Assembly: GCA_050174015.1 (NCBI GenBank)
Contig: JBFXKG010000008.1
Location: 96,001 to 160,000 of the forward strand
Direction: 5' to 3'
Origin: Candidatus Krumholzibacteriia bacterium
GTDB taxonomy: Bacteria > Krumholzibacteriota > Krumholzibacteriia > LZORAL124-64-63
Length of the DNA: 64,000 bases
Shown here: positions 40,926 to 46,526 of the stretch, piece by piece
Position numbering within the stretch: position 1 is the stretch's first letter
Layout: each line of letters opens with the position of its first letter
Program-made: the position numbers and the translations under genes
The notes under the pieces: model-generated
What the model was told of the DNA's origin: nothing
Database searches by the model: none
What the model saw: the letters and a program-made list of their open reading frames with translations, nothing else

Positions 40926-41933
40926 ATGGCAAAGAACCAGGGAAAAGCCGGACAGACAAAGGACCCGATCATTCGGGACCTGCCATTGGCTTGCACCGAT
41001 GAACTTGCAGCCGTTGAGTTCCTTGAAAAGCAACGTTGGGGAGATAATCCCTGCTGCCCACATTGCGGCTGCTGCGGCGACAGCGTGTACAAAATGACCA
41101 AGCGGGGATCTGCCGAGCGCAACGAGCGGTTCCTTTGGCGTTGCCGTGAGTGCGGGAAGCAGTACACAGTCCGCATTGGGACCGTCCTTGAAGACTCTGC
41201 AATCCCCCTGCGGCACTGGTGCCATGCCTTCTGGATGGCCTGTAGCTGCAAGAATGGCGTCGCCGCCAAGGAGATCGAGCGACATACCGGACTTTCCTAC
41301 AAATCGGCTTTATTCCTTATGCACCGTATCAGGTACGCCATGACCGGCTCTGCTGGCGATGGCCCAATGGAGGGGATCGTGGAGGCCGATGAGACGTACA
41401 TCGGCGGGAAGGTCGGCAATAAGATTGGCCGTTACGGGCGGGGAAAGCGCACTGGGCGAGGCCAGCGCTCCCATGTCCCGCCGAAGGCCCCGGTCATGGT
41501 GATGATTCAACGCGGCGGCGAGGCCCGCGCCCAAGTCATGCCAAACGTGACGGCCCGGAATCTCCGTACGGCCATCCGAGAGAATGTTGCCCCATCAGCC
41601 ACACTGGCCACAGATGAATCCCGTCTCTACATCCCAGTGGGGCGGGAGCAGTCTGGTGGTCATCTGCGCGTGAACCACGGAAAACGTCAGTATGTCAACG
41701 GAAACGCCTATACAAATACAGCAGAGTCGTTTTTTGCTAGACTTAAACGCACAATTGCTGGAACACACATTCATGTCAGCAAAAAGCATCTTCATCGTTA
41801 TGTTGCGCAAAGTGAATTTATGTACAACACAAGAAAGCAATCTGATGGGGAACGTGTTTTGCGTGCAATAAGTGGAGCAGAGGGGAAACGGCTAATGTAC
41901 CGTGATCCAGTGTCGAATGTAGAACGTTATTGA
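40926..41933 (+). CDS. tnp: IS1595-family DDE transposase
   Basis: GGAGG SD. Zn ribbon CPHC...CREC, HTH (AKEIERHTGLSYKSA), VEADETYIGG, ATDE, VNH, TNTAESFF, HVSKKHLHRY. Uninterrupted; TGA stop. Confidence 0.95.
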   Translation: MAKNQGKAGQTKDPIIRDLPLACTDELAAVEFLEKQRWGDNPCCPHCGCCGDSVYKMTKRGSAERNERFLWRCRECGKQYTVRIGTVLEDSAIPLRHWCHAFWMACSCKNGVAAKEIERHTGLSYKSALFLMHRIRYAMTGSAGDGPMEGIVEADETYIGGKVGNKIGRYGRGKRTGRGQRSHVPPKAPVMVMIQRGGEARAQVMPNVTARNLRTAIRENVAPSATLATDESRLYIPVGREQSGGHLRVNHGKRQYVNGNAYTNTAESFFARLKRTIAGTHIHVSKKHLHRYVAQSEFMYNTRKQSDGERVLRAISGAEGKRLMYRDPVSNVERY

Positions 41934-41948
41934 CGAACGTGCTACATT
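41916..41948. terminator. Hairpin between convergent transposase and tRNA operon
   Basis: AATGTAGAACGTT-N7-AACGTGCTACATT, a 13-bp stem with one mismatch. Confidence 0.45.
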
Positions 41949-41961
41949 GTGACTAAATTAG

Positions 41962-42048
41962 TGGTGCGCTCGGCGGGACTCGAACCCGCAATCCGGAGAG
42001 GGAACCGGCTTTCAAGGCCGGCGCGTTTACCAGTTTCGCCACAAGCGC
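41962..42048 (-). tRNA. Atypical tRNA: Leu-type body with Ser anticodon UGA (87 nt)
   Basis: GCGCTTG TG GCG AAACTGGTAAA CGC G CCGGC CT-TGA-AA GCCGG T TCC CTCTCC GGA TT GCGGG TTCGAGT CCCGC CGAGCGC A CCA. Has A73, A15:U48, A20a and a long variable arm. Confidence 0.88.
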
Positions 42049-42060
42049 ACCACGGTGATT

Positions 42061-42148
42061 TGGTGCCCGGAGCGGGATTCGAACCCGCACGGACTGTTAG
42101 TCCACGAGCTTCCAAGGCCTGCGTGTCTACCAGTTCCACCATCCGGGC
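42061..42148 (-). tRNA. Atypical tRNA: Leu-type body with Pro anticodon UGG (88 nt)
   Basis: GCCCGGA TG GTG GAACTGGTAGA CAC G CAGGC CT-TGG-AA GCTCG T GGACT AAC AGTCC GT GCGGG TTCGAAT CCCGC TCCGGGC A CCA. Has G1:C72, A73 and a long variable arm; the anticodon stem has one A.C mismatch. Confidence 0.85.
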
Positions 42149-42158
42149 ATCAATTCTC

Positions 42159-42252
42159 TGGCGGAGGATGAGGGAATCGAACCCCCCGCTGCCGCTACAG
42201 CGGGCCTTGGGATGTAAAGCCCCGCAAGGTCGCCAGACCACGGTCATCCTCC
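42159..42252 (-). tRNA. Allo-tRNA-like (9/3, alternatively 8/4 fold), Ser-type identity, anticodon UUA (ochre suppressor) (94 nt)
   Basis: GGAGGATGA CCGT GGTC TGGC GACC TTGC GGGG CT-TTA-CA TCCC AAGG CCCGCTGT AGCG GCAGCGGG GGG TTCGATT CCC TCATCCTCC G CCA. Confidence 0.8.
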
Positions 42253-42261
42253 GCCATACTT

Positions 42262-42705
42262 CTAAATACTCAGTTCTCCGTCGTTGTGCCTCACAGATCC
42301 AGCGAGGCAGTACTCAAACCTGTTCTTCTTCCCCTTGATTGCCCTCCTTGCAGCTAGGCCCTTTTTGACCGCTCGATGGAGGGCAGCAGCCAGGGCAGAC
42401 TTGGTTGTCCGATCCTGGATGTCCATTCCGTTCTGCCCAAGCCATGCAAGGGCCTCAGCCGTAGAATACCAGCGGCCGGGATTAGCCTGCAGGAACCAAT
42501 CAATTGCCTTTTGCGGAGACAGATCACCTAGACTACCATCATCTGGAGCGATGGATGCCCTCTTGACGGACTCAACCCCCAATAGGGATAGAGAGCGATC
42601 AATGGCCTCAAGGTCAGATTGGAGCGTTTTGATTTTTTCCGATAAACTTTTCTTATATGCTAGAAGCCCGGCAATCGCTGCTTTCCGATCGATTTCTTGG
42701 TCCAT
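42262..42705 (-). CDS. IS passenger protein, 147 aa, N-terminal coiled coil plus probable winged-helix domain
   Basis: AGGAGG SD before the ATG. Heptad pattern LSEKIKTLQSDLEAIDRSL, then a helix-helix-helix-beta-hairpin basic segment (fold inferred). TAG stop 9 nt before the first tRNA. Confidence 0.75.
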   Translation of the reverse strand: MDQEIDRKAAIAGLLAYKKSLSEKIKTLQSDLEAIDRSLSLLGVESVKRASIAPDDGSLGDLSPQKAIDWFLQANPGRWYSTAEALAWLGQNGMDIQDRTTKSALAAALHRAVKKGLAARRAIKGKKNRFEYCLAGSVRHNDGELSI

Positions 42706-42733
42706 GTCACCTCCTATGGCAGGATTCGGTGGA

Positions 42734-42762
42734 AACATAATACCTCGACCGCGCGCTGTCAA
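42734..42762 (-). promoter_or_regulatory. Sigma-70 promoter for passenger ORF/tRNA operon
   Basis: TTGACA-N17-TATGTT on the minus strand. Confidence 0.7.
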
Positions 42763-42800
42763 GCCGAAAAATGCGCTTTTGCTGTCGCTGCGGCTTCGAC

Positions 42801-42835
42801 ACTACACACTGTAGTAAAGAGCCAAACATTGTCAA
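42801..42835 (-). promoter_or_regulatory. Second upstream promoter overlapped by a palindrome
   Basis: TTGACA-N16-TACAGT on the minus strand; ACTACA-cac-TGTAGT inverted repeat at 42801-42815 covers the -10. Confidence 0.5.
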
Positions 42836-42846
42836 GGGAGAAGATC

Positions 42847-43005
42847 GTGACAAAGGATGGTGGTAAGGGGGGCGCTAAAAGCAGGCCAGGCCCCAAGCCC
42901 GAGCGCGTGAAAATCAACGATGATTGGGAGAAGGCTGTCAAGAAGGCGCTGAAATCCCCGCCCCCACCCAAGAAGGGCAAGGACGGGGAGAAGAAGGGCA
43001 AGTAG
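42847..43005 (+). CDS. Small Lys/Pro-rich IS passenger peptide (52 aa)
   Basis: AGGGAG SD and GTG start; GPKPERVKI, helix DWEKAVKKALKS, PPPPKK tail. Confidence 0.55.
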   Translation: MTKDGGKGGAKSRPGPKPERVKINDDWEKAVKKALKSPPPPKKGKDGEKKGK

Positions 43006-43048
43006 TGGCCACAAAACGACCTGACGTTAATCTATTGCCTGTCTTTGC

Positions 43049-43071
43049 TTTGCGTTAAGTCTACAACGTCC
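43049..43071 (-). repeat. Right terminal inverted repeat
   Basis: Reverse complement reads GGACGTTGTAGACTTAACGCAAA. Confidence 0.8.
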
Positions 43072-43078
43072 TTTGTAG

Positions 43079-43107
43079 TTGACAAAAAGTTCGGTATGGC
43101 GTACAAT
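43079..43107 (+). promoter_or_regulatory. Sigma-70 promoter, probably leaderless transcript
   Basis: TTGACA-N17-TACAAT; the ATG at 43114 follows the -10 after a 6-nt gap, with no SD. Confidence 0.75.
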
Positions 43108-43113
43108 TCGGGC

Positions 43114-43332
43114 ATGAAACTCATCAATCACATCAAGCAGCACCGCGCCCGCCTGGACCTGACCCAGGAGGATCTGGCCCGGAGGGTGGGGGTGCGGCGC
43201 CAGACCATCCTGGCGGTCGAGAAGGGGAAGTACGTGCCCTCGGCCCTGCTGGCCTTCCAGCTTGCGCGGGCCCTGGAAATGCAGGTCACCGAGCTGTTCG
43301 TGCTCGACGAGGAGGGAGAAGCCGATGAATGA
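43114..43332 (+). CDS. XRE-family HTH transcriptional regulator
   Basis: LTQEDLARRVGVRRQTILAVEKGKYVPS...ELF. Confidence 0.92.
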   Translation: MKLINHIKQHRARLDLTQEDLARRVGVRRQTILAVEKGKYVPSALLAFQLARALEMQVTELFVLDEEGEADE

Positions 43333-44038
43333 TTCGCTGCCGAGACGACTGCCGTCGGCCGACTGGATCGCCTTCGGGATTGGCCTGGGTGCCCTGGTGG
43401 CCAGTTTCATCTTCCCTCCCTTGATCATGCTGGTGGGGATCGCCGTCTTCGCCCCTTCGGTCCTGAGGGAGGTGGGGCTGCTGAAGGACGCCGATGAGTG
43501 GACCCGGAGCGTCATGCACCGCGCCGGTTTCCACGCCCTGCTGGTCGCCGCCCTGTTCATCGGCCTCGAGTACGCGGCCCCCTCCTTCCATGCGGACGTG
43601 CCTTCCAACGGGTTCACCCCCGAGGCGGTCTTCGGCGGCGAGACCCTGCGCAAGGGGGTCATCTGGACCTTCCTGATCAGCTACCTGATCCAGTACTGGG
43701 GTGCGCGCACGGGGGTGTTCCGGATCCTGCTCGGGGCGGCTGTCCTGAACGTGGCGCCGATCCTCGGTTTCCTGCGGACAGGCGGGGACCTGAAGGGACT
43801 GTTCATCCTGGTGGCGTTCGGCGTTGCGGCGGGCTTCGTCGGGTTGGCGTTCCTCGCGCGCCGCCTGCCCCGAGCCGGGGGCGGGGTGCTGGCCGCCCTG
43901 TGCGTGGCGGCCTTCGCCTTCGCGGTGAGGAACATGGGCGATCCGACTTTCGCCTGGGCCCAGGTTTCCCTCATCTTCCAGGCCTTCCTGGTGCTGGGAG
44001 TCTCCGGTATCGCCTTGCTGCGGGATTCGTCGTCCTGA
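43325..44038 (+). CDS. Membrane protein coupled to XRE regulator
   Basis: About 8 TM helices, a DE motif after the first hairpin; start overlaps the regulator's end. Confidence 0.7.
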   Translation: MNDSLPRRLPSADWIAFGIGLGALVASFIFPPLIMLVGIAVFAPSVLREVGLLKDADEWTRSVMHRAGFHALLVAALFIGLEYAAPSFHADVPSNGFTPEAVFGGETLRKGVIWTFLISYLIQYWGARTGVFRILLGAAVLNVAPILGFLRTGGDLKGLFILVAFGVAAGFVGLAFLARRLPRAGGGVLAALCVAAFAFAVRNMGDPTFAWAQVSLIFQAFLVLGVSGIALLRDSSS

Positions 44039-44064
44039 GGGTATCGCCAGAGCAAGGACTGGAA

Positions 44065-44099
44065 AAGCAAGGGGCCCGACAGGCGGGCCCCTCTTGCTT
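44065..44099. terminator. Bidirectional terminator
   Basis: AAGCAA GGGGCCCG-acagg-CGGGCCCC tc TTGCTT between convergent genes. Confidence 0.65.
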
Positions 44100-44117
44100 C
44101 GATCATACATGGCGGGA

Positions 44118-45119
44118 TCAGCCGATGCTGTCCATCAGATCCAGCAGATCCACCACGCGGTTCGAGTAGCCCCACTCGTTGTCGTACCACGACAGCGTCT
44201 TGAGCAGGTTGCCCTCGATGACCGAGGTGTACTCGGCGTCGAAGATGCTCGAGTGGGGATCGCCCACGATGTCGCTGCTGACCAGGGGCTCGTCGGCGTA
44301 GCGCAGGATCCGGCGCAGCCGATCGGAATTCGCGTGGTCGCGGACGGCTTCACGGACCTGCTCCACGGTCACGTCCCGGGACATCACGGTCACCAGATCG
44401 ACCACCGAACCGTCGGGCACGGGGACGCGCATGGCCATGCCGTCCAGCTTGCCCGCCAGATGGGGCATGACCTTGCCCACGGCGCGGGCCGCGCCCGTGG
44501 TGGTGGGGATGGTGTTCTCGGCGGCCGCGCGGGACCGGCGCCAGTCGCTGTGGGGCACGTCGGCCAGGCGCTGGTCGTTGGTGTACGCGTGGACCGTGGT
44601 CATCAGCCCGTGTTCGATGCCGAACTCCTTGTCCAGCACGTAGGCCAGGGGCGCCAGGCAGTTGGTGGTGCAGGAGGCGTTGGAGACGATCTTGTGCTCC
44701 GGCTTGAGGTCGTCCTGGTTCACGCCCAGGACGATCGTGGCGTCGATCTCGTCCTTGGAAGGGACGGTCAGCAGGACCTTCCGCGCGCCGGCCTCCAGGT
44801 GCATGGCGATCTCCGAGCGCTTGCGGAAACGGCCCGTGGCCTCGACGACGAAGTCGATGCCCAGTTCCTTCCAGGGCAGCTCCAGCGGGTTGGGGATCTC
44901 GGTCATCTTCACCCGCTGGTGCCGGGTGACCATGACGTCGCCTTCCATGTTGGCGACCCCCTGGAAGGGGCCCATGATCGTGTCGTGCCTCAGCAGGTAG
45001 GCCAGGGCGTCGGAGTCGGCCAGGTCGTTGATGGCCACGACCTCGACGCCTTCCCTGCTGTTCAGGAGACGGAACACCGACCGGCCGATGCGGCCGAATC
45101 CGTTGATGGCGATCCTCAT
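44118..45119 (-). CDS. gap: Type I glyceraldehyde-3-phosphate dehydrogenase
   Basis: INGFGRIGR, SNASCTTNCLAP, TTVHAYTNDQ, TTTGAA, WYDNEWGY. Confidence 0.96.
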   Translation of the reverse strand: MRIAINGFGRIGRSVFRLLNSREGVEVVAINDLADSDALAYLLRHDTIMGPFQGVANMEGDVMVTRHQRVKMTEIPNPLELPWKELGIDFVVEATGRFRKRSEIAMHLEAGARKVLLTVPSKDEIDATIVLGVNQDDLKPEHKIVSNASCTTNCLAPLAYVLDKEFGIEHGLMTTVHAYTNDQRLADVPHSDWRRSRAAAENTIPTTTGAARAVGKVMPHLAGKLDGMAMRVPVPDGSVVDLVTVMSRDVTVEQVREAVRDHANSDRLRRILRYADEPLVSSDIVGDPHSSIFDAEYTSVIEGNLLKTLSWYDNEWGYSNRVVDLLDLMDSIG

Positions 45120-46141
45120 GAGCGCACCTCCTTGGCGGCGATCAGCCCGGCGACCTTGCGCGCGGTTTCGAGCAGGCGGTACGCGTAGGCCCAGCCGTTG
45201 TCGTACCAGATGATGCTCTTGATCAGCCCGTTGTTCAGCGAGAGGGTGGCCTGGGCGTCGATCACGCCGGAGCAGGAGTTGCCGATCACGTCGCTGGATA
45301 CGATGGGCTCTTCGGTGTAGCCGAGCAGGCCCTTGTACTTGCCCTCGGCGGCCTCGGCGAAGATCGCGTTGTATTCCGGGGCGGTGAGGGGCTTGTCCAG
45401 TTCGACCACCAGGTCGATGTTCGAACCGGCGGGCACCGGAACGTTCAGCGCCATCCCGTTGACCTTGCCCTTGAGATCGGGCATCAGCTCCATGACGGCG
45501 CCGGCCGCCCAGCTGGTGTTGGGGATGATGTTCTGGGCGGCCGAACGGCTCCAGCGCAGGCCGCCGGCTGCGGTGTCGCTCAGCTGCTGGTCGTTGGTGT
45601 AGGCGTGCACCGTGGTCATGGTGGCCCGCTTGACCCCGACCTTCTCCTGGAGGACCTTCAGGGTCAAGGCCAGGGCGTGGCAGCTGCTGCTGCCGTTGCT
45701 GATGAGGCGATGCTCGGCGGTCAGATCCTCGTCGTTGACGCCGTTGATGATCAGCTTGTCGATGGAACCCTTGGAGGGAGTGGACAGGATGACGGCCTTG
45801 GCGCCGGCGTCGATGTGGCGCTGCAGCTCCTCCCGGGTGCGGAACATGCCCGTGGATTCGATGACGATGTCCACGCCCAGGACGTCCCAGGGAACGTGGC
45901 CGGGCTTGGAGCCCTGAAGGACCCGCATGCGCTGGTTCTCGGTGACGAGGTAATGACCCTCGGTGCGCAGGGCGCTGCGGAACGGACCCTCGACGGTGGA
46001 ACTCTTCAGCAGGTAGGCCAGCGTCTCGATGTCGGCGATGTCGCTGGCCGCCGCGAAGTTCACGTCGGGTTGATCGTGGGCGATCCGGAACATGTTTCGT
46101 CCCAGCTTTCCGAATCCCATGATTCCCAGATTCACGGACAT
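45116..46141 (-). CDS. GAPDH-like paralogue with altered active site
   Basis: GFGKLGR, TTVHAYTNDQ, WYDNGWAY; SNGSSSCHAL replaces SNASCTTNCL. Confidence 0.88.
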   Translation of the reverse strand: MSVNLGIMGFGKLGRNMFRIAHDQPDVNFAAASDIADIETLAYLLKSSTVEGPFRSALRTEGHYLVTENQRMRVLQGSKPGHVPWDVLGVDIVIESTGMFRTREELQRHIDAGAKAVILSTPSKGSIDKLIINGVNDEDLTAEHRLISNGSSSCHALALTLKVLQEKVGVKRATMTTVHAYTNDQQLSDTAAGGLRWSRSAAQNIIPNTSWAAGAVMELMPDLKGKVNGMALNVPVPAGSNIDLVVELDKPLTAPEYNAIFAEAAEGKYKGLLGYTEEPIVSSDVIGNSCSGVIDAQATLSLNNGLIKSIIWYDNGWAYAYRLLETARKVAGLIAAKEVRS

Positions 46142-46429
46142 GACGACCTTCCTTGGTTCCCGGTGGAATGGATTTCAACCCGGGGATGATATTCGGGGGC
46201 TCCGGCATTCTCAAGACAATCCCCGGCCGGGCCCGGATGGAATCAAGTTAGGGGAATTCGGGGGATTGGCAAATCATTAACCGGTGACCGGGACAGTTTG
46301 TCCGGTTTCCGAACCAAAAAATCGATTCCAGCCCCCGGCGGGCGAATCCTCCGGAATACGGCACCTGGCCCCCGTTTCCGCGCCATTTTCCGATGGGTGA
46401 AGATAATCGAAAAAAGATCTTGCGATGGA

Positions 46430-46473
46430 TGTATAAAAAATGTTTTATACAAAACATCGACATGCAGTCGACA
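46430..46473. promoter_or_regulatory. AT-rich operator: palindrome plus three 11-bp-phased TnnACA repeats
   Basis: TGTATAAAA-N4-TTTTATACA; TATACA at 46446, TCGACA at 46457 and TCGACA at 46468. Confidence 0.55.
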
Positions 46474-46526
46474 TGGAGAGAGTGAGCCGAAACGACCAAC
46501 CGTCCTTGCCAGTGGAGGGAATAGAA

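Larger units (their letters stand above)
40811..43071 (+). mobile_element. IS1595-family (ISXO2-like) insertion sequence with passenger genes and three tRNA genes
   Basis: Terminal inverted repeats match at 19 of the first 23 bp, with patchy similarity to about 50 bp. The element contains a transposase and is visibly lower in GC than its flanks. No target duplication is seen. Confidence 0.88.

Noticed and set aside
40926..41933. Transposase needing the cargo tRNAs for its own decoding
   Set aside because: There is no in-frame stop, and the conserved motifs read normally in the standard code. The odd Ser in YVAQSEF is an AGT codon, which these tRNAs do not read.
42159..42252. tRNA-Sec (selC)
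   Set aside because: The D arm and V arm are Sec-like, but the anticodon is UUA rather than UCA, and acceptor plus T stem total 12 bp (9/3 or 8/4), not 13 (8/5). No sel genes are nearby.
41962..42252. Host tRNA cluster acting as an integration (att) site
   Set aside because: The tRNAs lie inside the TIRs. There is no integrase and no duplicated tRNA 3' end in the window.
41942..42338. ORFs 41942..42247 (-) and 41949..42338 (+)
   Set aside because: They are translations across the tRNA genes and have no protein features.
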